Shown here: positions 9,971 to 18,490 of the stretch, one piece after another
Numbering within the stretch: the stretch's first letter is position 1
How the letters are laid out: each line of letters begins with the position of its first letter
DNA from: Crocinitomicaceae bacterium
GTDB lineage: Bacteria > Bacteroidota > Bacteroidia > Flavobacteriales_D > Crocinitomicaceae
Length of the DNA stretch: 64,000 nt
Reading direction: 5' to 3'
Assembly (NCBI GenBank): GCA_024639405.1
Contig: JAHEIL010000010.1
Location: 14,048 to 78,047, forward strand
The notes under the pieces: generated by a model
Database searches by the model: none
The model's input: the letters and a program-made list of their open reading frames with translations, nothing else
What the model was told of the DNA's origin: nothing
Position numbers and translations under genes: made by a program

Positions 9971-11191
9971 TTAAATTCCTAAAAGCAATAATTCGATGTT
10001 TTTATAGTTGAGATCAAAAACCTTTCCCAATACTTCATTGGTCAACGTTCCATTATAAATATAAACGCCACTTCTGAATCCTTCGTCTGATTTGATCAAA
10101 TCTTTGCATCCTCCACGATCACCCATTTCTACTAAAATCGGAGAAAAAATATTTGACAAAGCAAAAGAAGCTGTTCTCGCAACTCTTGAAGCAATGTTTG
10201 GAACACAATAATGAATGACACCGTGCTCAACAAACGTTGGCTCATTGTGATTCGTGACACGCGAAGTTTCAAAACAACCACCTTGATCAATGCTAACATC
10301 AACGGCAACTGACCCACTTTTCATGCTTTGTATCATCTCTTCTGTCACCACGCAAGGAGTTCGTCCAAGCGGTGAACGCAAAGCACCAATAACAACATCT
10401 GCACGTTTCATGGATTTAGCCAAGACTTTAGGATTTAACACAGAAGTATAAATACGTGTACCAATATTATTTTGTAAGCGTCTTAAACGCGACAAAGAAT
10501 TATCAAACACTTTCACACTTGCCCCTAAACCTAAGGCTGCACGGGTTGCAAATTCCCCCACTGTCCCTGCACCAATTACCACAACTTCGGTAGGTGTAAC
10601 ACCAGCTATACCACCCAACATAATTCCTTTTCCTGAAGAAAATGAAGAAAGTAATTCGCCTGCAACGAGAACTGAAGTTGTACCTGCAATTTCACCCATC
10701 GTTCGCACAACTGGAAAAACACCCTCTTCATCACGAATATAATCCCACGCAATTGCAGTGATTTTTTTCTGCATTAATTTTTGTAAGATTACTTTTGGCT
10801 GAATCGATAATTGCAAAGCAGAAATCAACGTTTGGTTACCACGCATCATTTCAACCTCATCTTCCGAAGGCGGTGCGACTTTAAAAATAATATCGCATTC
10901 AAAAATTTCTTTTGGATTGTGGCAGATTTCTGCACCAGCCTCGCTGTATTCATTATCAGTGAAATTTGACGCTTCACCACTTTTAGATTCAATTTTAACA
11001 CGGTGACCATTTGCAACCAAAACAGTAACAGCCTCAGGAACCAACGCTACTCTTCGTTCTTGAAAGGAAGTTTCTTTTGGAATCCCAATAAATAAACTGC
11101 CTTTTTTACGCGCAATTTCCAACATTTCTTCTTTTGGAAGTAAACTACCTTGTTGGATTAATTTTTTTAAAATCTGTGGATCAGTCATCAT
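9971..11191 (-). CDS. Alanine dehydrogenase / PNT-family NAD-binding protein
   Basis: AlaDH/PNT N-terminal motif GIPKETSFQERRVALVP and NAD-binding motif VVVIGAGTVGEFATRAA. Confidence 0.7.
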   Translation of the reverse strand: MMTDPQILKKLIQQGSLLPKEEMLEIARKKGSLFIGIPKETSFQERRVALVPEAVTVLVANGHRVKIESKSGEASNFTDNEYSEAGAEICHNPKEIFECDIIFKVAPPSEDEVEMMRGNQTLISALQLSIQPKVILQKLMQKKITAIAWDYIRDEEGVFPVVRTMGEIAGTTSVLVAGELLSSFSSGKGIMLGGIAGVTPTEVVVIGAGTVGEFATRAALGLGASVKVFDNSLSRLRRLQNNIGTRIYTSVLNPKVLAKSMKRADVVIGALRSPLGRTPCVVTEEMIQSMKSGSVAVDVSIDQGGCFETSRVTNHNEPTFVEHGVIHYCVPNIASRVARTASFALSNIFSPILVEMGDRGGCKDLIKSDEGFRSGVYIYNGTLTNEVLGKVFDLNYKNIELLLLGI

Positions 11192-11604
11192 TCTTTTACT
11201 GTAATCGTTCGCGAATTATCTTCATTTCTACGAAGATACACCCAAATTGTGTTTTCTGGAAGTAAATCAATAACTTTTTCTGGCCATTCTACAAAACAGA
11301 TTCCTCCACTGTAAAACATTTCCTCTACTCCAATATCAAATGCTTCGTGTTGATTCTTCAAGCGATACACGTCAAAATGATAAATTTTACCAAACATGAC
11401 ACTGTCGTAAACATTGACTAAGGAATAGGTTGGAGAACCTTCCAATTCATTGATTCCCATTGCCTTTAACAAACCTGTGATAAACGTTGTTTTTCCAACA
11501 CCCATTTCAGCATCAAAAGCAAACACTTTCCCTTGTGGATGGTCTTCTAAAAATTGTTTAGCCACAGTTGGAATCGCTGTAACATCTTCAATGGTGTAAG
11601 TCAT
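11188..11604 (-). CDS. tsaE: tRNA t6A37 threonylcarbamoyl transfer protein TsaE
   Basis: 138 aa with Walker A GVGKTTF and SPTYSL motif. Overlaps the downstream gene by 4 nt. Confidence 0.85.
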   Translation of the reverse strand: MTYTIEDVTAIPTVAKQFLEDHPQGKVFAFDAEMGVGKTTFITGLLKAMGINELEGSPTYSLVNVYDSVMFGKIYHFDVYRLKNQHEAFDIGVEEMFYSGGICFVEWPEKVIDLLPENTIWVYLRRNEDNSRTITVKE

Positions 11605-11630
11605 TCTTTATCGTTTGAAAACAAATTTAC

Positions 11631-13175
11631 TTATTTCGCATTTAAAACTACAAAAGGAATCAACATTTCCTCTAAAGAAATCCCTCCGTGTTGAAACGTT
11701 TGAGCGTAATAATTCACAAAATGATTGTAATTGTTTGGATAGACAAAAAAGTCTGCTTCCCGCGCAAAAACAAATTCACTCGACAATTTATGCTTTGGTA
11801 AAAAAGCTTCTTCTGGGTGCGCAATTTGAAATACTTCTTTTTTATTGTAAGACAAACCGCGACCAACTTTGTAACGCAAATTGGTATTCGTATTTCGTTC
11901 TCCTACAATTTTTACAGGATTGGTAACTTTTACCGTTCCATGATCCGTTGTGATGATTAATTTCGCTCCAAAATCTGCAATTTTCTTTACAATTTCACTC
12001 AATGCTGAATGTTCAAACCAGGATAAGGTCAACGAACGATAAGCTGCTTCATCGTCTGCCAATTCACGAATTACTTCCATTTCTGTTCGTGCATGCGACA
12101 ACATGTCAACAAAATTGTAAACGATGAAATTGACATCATTTTCTTTGAGTTGATTCATGTTATCCAATAATTTTCTCCCAGCATCTAGGTTGGTAATTTT
12201 ATTGTAAGTCCATTTTACATTTTTACCCAAACGTTTTAGATTGGCTTCCAACAACTCTTTTTCATGCATATTTTTCCCTCCTTCATCTTCTTCATTTAGC
12301 CAAAGATTGGGAAATTTCTTTTCTATTTCACTCGGCATTAAACCAGCAAAAAAAGCATTTCTTGCATAATGCGTTGCCGTAGGAAGAATCGAAAAAATCA
12401 TTTCTTCACTTTCTTGACTAAAATATTTTGAGAAAATTGGTTGCAATACTTTCCATTGATCGTAACGCAGATTATCAATCACCAAAACGAATAATTTTTC
12501 TTTACCAATTGAAGGTGCTATTTTATCTTTAATCAAGGTATGCAACATTTGAGGAGCTTCTTCTGTTCCATTCAACCAATCTAAGTAGTTGTTTTCAATA
12601 AAACGTGCAAACAAATCGTTGGCTTCTTTTTTCTGCATTTCAAGAATCTCTCTCATGCCTGCATCTTCAATCTTTTCGAGTTCTAATTCCCAAAAAACTA
12701 ATTTAGCATACAATTCTCGCCATTCGTCCGCATCCATTCTTGAATTCAATTGATTGCCTAATTGACGGAATTCTTGTTGGTAATTAGAATTTGTTTTCTG
12801 TGACACCAATTTCCCTTGATCCAAATTCTTTTTGATACTCAATAAAATTTGATTGGGATTTACCGGTTTTATCAAGTAATCTGCGATTTTACTGCCAATT
12901 GCTTCCTCCATGATGTGTTCTTCTTCACTTTTCGTGATCATCACAACTGGAACATACGGTTTTGCTTCTTTTATGCGCGCCAACGCTTCTAAACCTGAAA
13001 TTCCTGGCATATTTTCATCTAAGAAAATAATATCATAGGTGTTAGATTCACTTTTTTCGACGGCCTCAGATCCATTATTGACAGCATCTACGGTATAACC
13101 TTTTGCTTCTAAAAACAAGATGTGTGGCTTTAATAATTCGATTTCATCATCTGCCCAAAGTATTTTGACTTGCAT
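11631..13175 (-). CDS. porX: PorX-type response regulator (CheY receiver plus PglZ / alkaline-phosphatase-superfamily domain)
   Basis: Receiver domain ILWADDEIELLKPHILFLEAKGY...FLDENMPGISGLE fused to a roughly 380-aa PglZ-like domain (VIDNLRYDQW, ITTDHG). Confidence 0.75.
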   Translation of the reverse strand: MQVKILWADDEIELLKPHILFLEAKGYTVDAVNNGSEAVEKSESNTYDIIFLDENMPGISGLEALARIKEAKPYVPVVMITKSEEEHIMEEAIGSKIADYLIKPVNPNQILLSIKKNLDQGKLVSQKTNSNYQQEFRQLGNQLNSRMDADEWRELYAKLVFWELELEKIEDAGMREILEMQKKEANDLFARFIENNYLDWLNGTEEAPQMLHTLIKDKIAPSIGKEKLFVLVIDNLRYDQWKVLQPIFSKYFSQESEEMIFSILPTATHYARNAFFAGLMPSEIEKKFPNLWLNEEDEGGKNMHEKELLEANLKRLGKNVKWTYNKITNLDAGRKLLDNMNQLKENDVNFIVYNFVDMLSHARTEMEVIRELADDEAAYRSLTLSWFEHSALSEIVKKIADFGAKLIITTDHGTVKVTNPVKIVGERNTNTNLRYKVGRGLSYNKKEVFQIAHPEEAFLPKHKLSSEFVFAREADFFVYPNNYNHFVNYYAQTFQHGGISLEEMLIPFVVLNAK

Positions 13176-13190
13176 GTGCGCTTTATTTTA

Positions 13191-13198
13191 TAAATTTG
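13191..13198 (+). promoter_or_regulatory. Bacteroidota -7 box (TAAATTTG)
   Basis: Exact TAnnTTTG match, 23 nt upstream of in-frame TTG 13222. It lies inside the 5' extension of track ORF 13120. Confidence 0.4.
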
Positions 13199-13221
13199 AA
13201 ATAGTTTTTAAAATTATTCAA

Positions 13222-14460
13222 TTGCGACCATATCTCAACCGAAATAACAAAAAGAAAATTTTTAACGATCCAGTATACGGATTTATTTCAATTCCTGACG
13301 CATTTATTTTCGACTTGATTGAACATCCATATATGCAACGTTTAAGACGCATTATGCAACTCGGAATGAGTCATTTGGTTTATCCAGGCGCCCTGCACAC
13401 GAGATTTCACCATGTATTAGGCGCAATGCATTTAATGACCTTGGCGATTTCAACAATTCGCAGAAAGGGACATGAAATTACAGAAGATGAAGAACGAGCA
13501 GTATTAATTGCAATTCTTTTGCACGATATTGGCCACGGACCATTTAGCCATGCACTTGAATACGACATCGTTAGCGGTGTAAGTCACGAAGCAATTTCAG
13601 GATTTTTCATAGAACGCTTAAGTAAAGAATTTGGAAACGATTTAGATCACGCCTTACAAATTTTCGAAAACACGTATCCAAAACCTTTTTTACACCAATT
13701 GGTTTCTAGTCAATTGGACATGGATCGCTTGGATTATCTAAACCGTGACAGTTTTTATACAGGCGTAAGTGAAGGAATCATCGGTAGTGATCGTTTGATT
13801 GAAATGCTCAACGTAAAAGATGGTCATCTTGTATTAGAGGAAAAGGGAATTTATTCAATTGAAAAATTTATTGTTGCCCGACGTTTAATGTATTGGCAAG
13901 TTTATTTGCACAAAACGGTCGTTGCTGCAGAATTCATGTTGATTCACATTCTTCGTCGTGCTAAATTTTTGGCTAAAAAAGGTGAAACACTCTTTGCAAG
14001 TCCAGCATTGAATTTTTTCTTAACGCACGATTTAACGCATGAAGATTTCAAAAATGATTCATCCTTATTGGATTTATTTGCTGATTTGGATGATTACGAT
14101 ATTTTAGGAGCGATTAAAGTTTGGCAAAAACATCCTGATAAAATACTCGCAAGCTTGTCACAGAAATTAGTAAATCGCGACTTGTTTAAAATTGAAATTT
14201 CAAAAGTACCTTTCACTAAAGAACGCATTCAGAAAGAAAAAGAACACCTAATGAATGCCTTAGATTTAACGAAAGAAGAAGTAGAATTTTTCGTTTATAC
14301 AGATGTTTTGAGTAACAAAGCTTACAATCAGAACAAACAGAATATCAATATTTTACTTAAAAATGGTTCAACAATAGATTTAAGTGATGCGTCGGATAAT
14401 TTAAATATCTCAGCCTTGGCTAGTCCTGTTGAAAAGTACTTTTTGTGTTACCCGATTTAA
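13222..14460 (+). CDS. HD-domain phosphohydrolase, SAMHD1/EF1143-like (COG1078) putative dNTP triphosphohydrolase
   Basis: Motifs NDPVYGFI, HTRFHHVLG, LLHDIGHGPFSH, DMDRLDYLNRDSFYTGV. Start uncertain: the only ATGs (13120, 13174) overlap porX, so TTG 13222 downstream of the -7 box is proposed. Confidence 0.75.
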   Translation: MRPYLNRNNKKKIFNDPVYGFISIPDAFIFDLIEHPYMQRLRRIMQLGMSHLVYPGALHTRFHHVLGAMHLMTLAISTIRRKGHEITEDEERAVLIAILLHDIGHGPFSHALEYDIVSGVSHEAISGFFIERLSKEFGNDLDHALQIFENTYPKPFLHQLVSSQLDMDRLDYLNRDSFYTGVSEGIIGSDRLIEMLNVKDGHLVLEEKGIYSIEKFIVARRLMYWQVYLHKTVVAAEFMLIHILRRAKFLAKKGETLFASPALNFFLTHDLTHEDFKNDSSLLDLFADLDDYDILGAIKVWQKHPDKILASLSQKLVNRDLFKIEISKVPFTKERIQKEKEHLMNALDLTKEEVEFFVYTDVLSNKAYNQNKQNINILLKNGSTIDLSDASDNLNISALASPVEKYFLCYPI

Positions 14461-14477
14461 GTATGGGATTTATTTTT

Positions 14478-14748
14478 TTCTTGTACTTTTTTGTCTTCTT
14501 CGCAAGAAATAAAGCTACCAATGCACAAATTTCCACTAATTACTTCGTGTACATTTTTGTCTTCGTGGTAAGTATTAATCCACCAATGCACTAATTTCCA
14601 CTAATTCATTCGTGTACATTTGTGTCTTCGTGGCAAGAATTAATCCACTAATGATCAAATTTCCACTAATTACTTCGTGTTCTTTAGTGATTCCGTCGCA
14701 AGAAATAAAGCCACCAATGCACAAATTTCCACTATTTTTTTCGTGCAA
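14478..14748. repeat. Tandem array of about 4.2 imperfectly palindromic 65-66 bp units
   Basis: TTCCACTA recurs at 14531, 14596, 14661 and 14727 (periods 65, 65, 66). The units share ttcgtgtacattt(t)tgtcttcgtgg...ccac(c/t)aatg...aatttccactaatt. The array fills the whole gap between two convergent genes and runs into the stop codon of the methyltransferase gene. Confidence 0.85.
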
Positions 14749-15373
14749 TCATAATTCCATCACGAATCGGAAGCAACACTTCTTGTACGCGTTCATCCTC
14801 GTGAATTTTTCGGTTGTAATCCATAATGATTTTAGTTTCACGATCTAACGTATCGTAATCTTCCAATACTTTTCCTGACCACAAAACATTGTCAGCAATA
14901 ATGTAGCCGCCTGGTTTAACTTTATCAAAAACTAATTCGTAGTAGTTGCAATAATTCTTTTTATCGGCGTCAATAAAAACGATGTCAAATTGCCCTTCAA
15001 GTGTTGGAATCAATTCCTTTGCATCACCAATTAGTTGTTTTACACGATCTTGCATTCCTGCTTTTTCAATGTAAGTTGCGACAAGATCTTCTAATTCTTC
15101 GTTGACATCAATGGTAATAACCTGACCATTTTCTTTCAAACCTTCCGCTAAACACAAGGCAGAATAACCAGTATAAGTTCCAATTTCCAATACTCTTTCA
15201 GGTTGAATCATGTGTGACAACATACTCAACACGCGTCCCTGATAATGCCCACTCAACATCCGCGGCTGAATCACAGAAACGTGCGTTTTACGATTCAAAT
15301 CAGCTAAAACAGCTGGTTCATTTTCTGAATGCGCACAAACGTATTGATCTAAATTATCTGCTATAAATTCCAT
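14732..15373 (-). CDS. Class I SAM-dependent O-methyltransferase (caffeoyl-CoA OMT family)
   Basis: VLEIGTYTGYSAL SAM-binding motif and FIDADKKNY, typical of the cation-dependent OMT family. Confidence 0.8.
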   Translation of the reverse strand: MEFIADNLDQYVCAHSENEPAVLADLNRKTHVSVIQPRMLSGHYQGRVLSMLSHMIQPERVLEIGTYTGYSALCLAEGLKENGQVITIDVNEELEDLVATYIEKAGMQDRVKQLIGDAKELIPTLEGQFDIVFIDADKKNYCNYYELVFDKVKPGGYIIADNVLWSGKVLEDYDTLDRETKIIMDYNRKIHEDERVQEVLLPIRDGIMIARKK

Positions 15374-15424
15374 TTCAAAAGATTTTTACAAAGATGGGGA
15401 AAAATATAGATTCTAGCTTTAATT

Positions 15425-15712
15425 TTATGCTGCAGGCAACGGATTCACTGTTATTTGTGCGCCAATAGCTCTTAAGACTTTCATAATTGTTGCGAATTGA
15501 GGTTTTGCACCATCAGAAAGTGCTTTGTACAAACTAGGTCTACTCATACCTGATTTTTCAGCAATTTTAGTCATGCCGATTGCTTTAGCAACATGCCCAA
15601 TGGCTTTTACTAAATCGGTTTCATTTCCATTTTCTAAAACTTCATTGAGGTATTCAGCAATCATTTCATTGCTGTCTAAATAATCTGAAATTTCAAATTT
15701 TGACGGTTCCAT
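15425..15712 (-). CDS. higA: HigA-family antitoxin (addiction module antidote protein, HTH)
   Basis: 95 aa with HTH segment IAEKSGMSRPSLYKALS. Lies immediately downstream of a HigB-type toxin gene. Confidence 0.8.
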   Translation of the reverse strand: MEPSKFEISDYLDSNEMIAEYLNEVLENGNETDLVKAIGHVAKAIGMTKIAEKSGMSRPSLYKALSDGAKPQFATIMKVLRAIGAQITVNPLPAA

Positions 15713-15750
15713 TTGTTTGCTTTTTAACTTATTATTTATTTCTCATTTGT

Positions 15751-16044
15751 CTAAATTTGACTTGCGAGTTCTTTGGCTTTTTTTATATCTCTTTGTTGCG
15801 ACGATTTATCACCCCCAATTAACAATAGAATGATCTTTCCATTTTGTTCTTTATAATAGATGCGATAACCTTTTGCATAATTTATTCTAAGTTCATTTAC
15901 TCCATCTCCAACAGTTTTGAAATCTCCAAAATGCGCTTCATTTTCTAATTTTTGCAAGCGCAATAAAATCTTCGCCTTCGCACGTAAATCGTTCAGTTTT
16001 CTTAACCATTTATCAAATTCTGGCGTTTTTTCAATTAAATACAT
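15751..16044 (-). CDS. higB: HigB/RelE-ParE superfamily toxin (addiction module killer protein)
   Basis: MYLIEKTPEFDKWLRKL...GDFKTVGDGVNELRINYAKGYRIYY...GGDKSSQQRDI matches the killer-protein family pattern. ATG 16044 chosen because the track start (16080) lies inside the operator inverted repeat. Confidence 0.8.
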   Translation of the reverse strand: MYLIEKTPEFDKWLRKLNDLRAKAKILLRLQKLENEAHFGDFKTVGDGVNELRINYAKGYRIYYKEQNGKIILLLIGGDKSSQQRDIKKAKELASQI

Positions 16045-16060
16045 ATTTAAAACTGTATTC

Positions 16061-16082
16061 AATTGGATACAAATATCCAATT
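16061..16082. promoter_or_regulatory. Inverted repeat, candidate HigBA operator overlapping the promoter
   Basis: aattggata-caaa-tatccaatt is a perfect 9-bp inverted repeat, 17 nt upstream of higB ATG. On the minus strand it contains GATATTTG, a near match to the -7 box. Confidence 0.45.
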
Positions 16083-16294
16083 ATTTTTTATAAATTCTTT
16101 ATTTTTTCACGTTTTTTTTTGAAAAATAGTTGAAATAAAAATTTGAGTTAAATTCTTTCAATCTTGTTTAAGATAAAAATGAATGAGATTTTTTATTAAC
16201 GTATTAACTAAAAAAACGGTTTCATTCTATCTAAAATACTTAATTTTTATAATAGCTGAAACTAAATCATAAAGATTTTTCGCACTTTTGTAAT

Positions 16295-16777
16295 GTGAAG
16301 ACAACAAACAAAGAAGGATATTGCGCCATTGGCGTTTTCAGAGGAAAAACAGAGCACAACTTAGGCACACTTTGGCGTTCTGCTTATATTTTGGGCGCTA
16401 GTTATATTTTCACCGTTGACAATCGTTACAAAAAACAGAGTTCAGATGTTTTAAGAACATGGTCGCGCATTCCACTATTTCATTACAAATCTTTCGATGA
16501 TTTATTGGCAAACATTCCTTACGATTGTCGTTTGGTAGGTGTTGAACTAGATGATAACGCAACCTTTTTGCATGAATTTGAACACCCAAAACGCGCCATT
16601 TATTTGTTAGGGTCAGAAAACGATGGATTACCGCAAGAAGTTATTGATAAATGTCATTTTTTAATAAAACTACCTGGAAATACTTCGTTGAATGTTGGCG
16701 TTACAGGAAGTATTGTTTTACATGATCGCGCGACAAAAGTTCCAACAACCTTACCACCCAATCACAAAGATACATAA
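16295..16777 (+). CDS. SpoU/TrmH family RNA 2'-O-methyltransferase
   Basis: 160 aa with the SpoU C-terminal knot region LLGSENDGLP...KLPGNTSLNVGVTGSIVLH. GTG start. The near -7 box CACTTTTG at 16283-16290 would give an almost leaderless mRNA. Confidence 0.65.
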   Translation: MKTTNKEGYCAIGVFRGKTEHNLGTLWRSAYILGASYIFTVDNRYKKQSSDVLRTWSRIPLFHYKSFDDLLANIPYDCRLVGVELDDNATFLHEFEHPKRAIYLLGSENDGLPQEVIDKCHFLIKLPGNTSLNVGVTGSIVLHDRATKVPTTLPPNHKDT

Positions 16778-16779
16778 GC

Positions 16780-17787
16780 ATGGCAGCAACGAATTGCAGT
16801 TTAAAACCTTACAATACATTTGGTATTGACGTTCAAGCAAAAGCATTTGATCGTTTTTCTAACTTAGAAGAACTTTCTGCTTGTATAAACACCTACAAAG
16901 GACTTGAACTATTAATTGTAGGTGGAGGAAGTAACATATTGTTTACCAAGGATTTTGATGGGGTTGTTTTAAAAAATGAACTCAAAGGATTCGAAGTGCT
17001 TTCTGAAACAGATACAACTGTCATCGTTCAAGCTGGAGCAGGAGAAAATTGGCATGAATTCGTTTTAAAATGCATCGACTTAGGTTATGCAGGTATTGAA
17101 AACATGAGTTTAATTCCAGGAAGTGTTGGCGCGAGTCCGATGCAAAACATTGGAGCATACGGAGTTGAAATCAAAGATGTTTTTCATTCATTAAAAGCCT
17201 ATCACATTGCTTCAGGAGAAATTCACACCTTCGATGCAGCAGCTTGTGAATTCGGCTACCGTGAAAGTGTGTTTAAACGCGCGTTGAAAGGACAATACGT
17301 CATCATTTCGGTTGCCTTTCAGCTTTCTAAAATTGCTGCGATCAATAAAAATTATGGCGCAATTGAAAGTCAACTTGAAAGCATGGGTATTTCTCAACCA
17401 AGTATTAAAGACATCAGCAATGCAGTCATTGCCATTCGAAGTTCAAAATTACCCGACCCAAAAACCTTGGGTAACGCAGGAAGTTTTTTCAAAAATCCTG
17501 TTGTAGACCAACAACTTGTCGATCGTATATTAGAAAATCATCCAGAAGCACCCAACTACCCTGCTGAAACCGGCAAACGAAAATTAGCTGCTGGTTGGTT
17601 AATCGAACAAACAGGTTGGAAAGGCAAAACGATTGGAACGTGCGGCGTTCACACATTACAAGCGTTGGTTTTGGTTAACTACGGTGGTTCAACAGGACAA
17701 CAGATTTACGATTTATCGTCTCAAATCATTGCTTCAGTAAAAGAAAAATTTGGTGTTACCTTAGAGCGCGAAGTAAATATCTTGTAA
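16780..17787 (+). CDS. murB: UDP-N-acetylenolpyruvoylglucosamine reductase
   Basis: FAD-binding region LIVGGGSNILF, GAGENWHEF, and C-terminal GNAGSFFKNP...AAGWLIE motifs. Confidence 0.9.
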   Translation: MAATNCSLKPYNTFGIDVQAKAFDRFSNLEELSACINTYKGLELLIVGGGSNILFTKDFDGVVLKNELKGFEVLSETDTTVIVQAGAGENWHEFVLKCIDLGYAGIENMSLIPGSVGASPMQNIGAYGVEIKDVFHSLKAYHIASGEIHTFDAAACEFGYRESVFKRALKGQYVIISVAFQLSKIAAINKNYGAIESQLESMGISQPSIKDISNAVIAIRSSKLPDPKTLGNAGSFFKNPVVDQQLVDRILENHPEAPNYPAETGKRKLAAGWLIEQTGWKGKTIGTCGVHTLQALVLVNYGGSTGQQIYDLSSQIIASVKEKFGVTLEREVNIL

Positions 17788-17809
17788 GAATTTTAGTTTT
17801 TATTCAGCT

Positions 17810-18478
17810 ATGAATACATTCTATCTACAGCCAAAAATTTTACAATGGGTGCTATCCATTACATTTTTAATTATTGGATTTTTACCAGCGATTTACCTTA
17901 TTGAAAAAGGTCATTTTCAGCCTTTCTATTACACTTTGTTCTTTTTTTACATTCCAATCAGTCAATTTGTAAACACACCGTTCTTTCGGCTTATAGGAGT
18001 TTATAAGTACTACTCCCCTATGCTAATTGGTTACATGGCCAATCAAAAACAAATCGATTTACACAGCGGAGGAAGTTTTGATTACTTATTTGTAATGAGG
18101 AGCTACAAAGCAGGTAATGAAATGAGAAACAGATTGTTGCTTTATCATTTAGAAGGTTTATTGAACTTAGTTGAATTAATTGAGCAAAAAAACATTCCAG
18201 AAACAGTTAACATCATCGGAACTTCCTATTTCTTTAAAGATCAAACAATGCGTAAAATTGGCTTTGAACTTGAACAACCAACATTATTTTACAGAATCAA
18301 TCTTTTTCTGAATTGCATAGATTTAATTTGGATGTATTCCTTATCAAGAGGAACGCTTTCAATGCCAAAAATATGGAAAGCCAAAAAAGTGTCTATTTCT
18401 GGAACTAATTTATTGAAAAGTAAAACACAGCTTGAAACCATTTATTTCACGTTGAAAAGCAGAACAAAATCATTCTAG
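17810..18478 (+). CDS. Hypothetical membrane protein
   Basis: Two or three hydrophobic N-terminal segments. No motif recognised. Confidence 0.5.
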   Translation: MNTFYLQPKILQWVLSITFLIIGFLPAIYLIEKGHFQPFYYTLFFFYIPISQFVNTPFFRLIGVYKYYSPMLIGYMANQKQIDLHSGGSFDYLFVMRSYKAGNEMRNRLLLYHLEGLLNLVELIEQKNIPETVNIIGTSYFFKDQTMRKIGFELEQPTLFYRINLFLNCIDLIWMYSLSRGTLSMPKIWKAKKVSISGTNLLKSKTQLETIYFTLKSRTKSF

Positions 18479-18490
18479 TAGTTCAGAACA

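Noticed and set aside
14478-14748. Possible CRISPR array, given regularly spaced repeats in an intergenic region
   Set aside because: The units abut one another with no unique spacers. The whole 65-bp period is repeated and degenerate. There is no leader or cas gene anywhere in the window.
14478-14748. DnaA-box cluster, oriC or datA-like site (TAATCCACC and ATTTCCACT resemble TTATCCACA)
   Set aside because: The best matches are only 7/9, with mismatches at both ends. There is no dnaA, dnaN or other origin-linked gene nearby, no obvious AT-rich unwinding element, and I cannot compute GC skew here. The idea stays testable via genome-wide GC skew but is unsupported from this window.
14612-14848. 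78-aa ORF with repeated KFPLITSC peptides
   Set aside because: It is a translation artefact of the tandem DNA repeat. The neighbouring units carry stops in the same frame, and the ORF overlaps the methyltransferase gene on the opposite strand.
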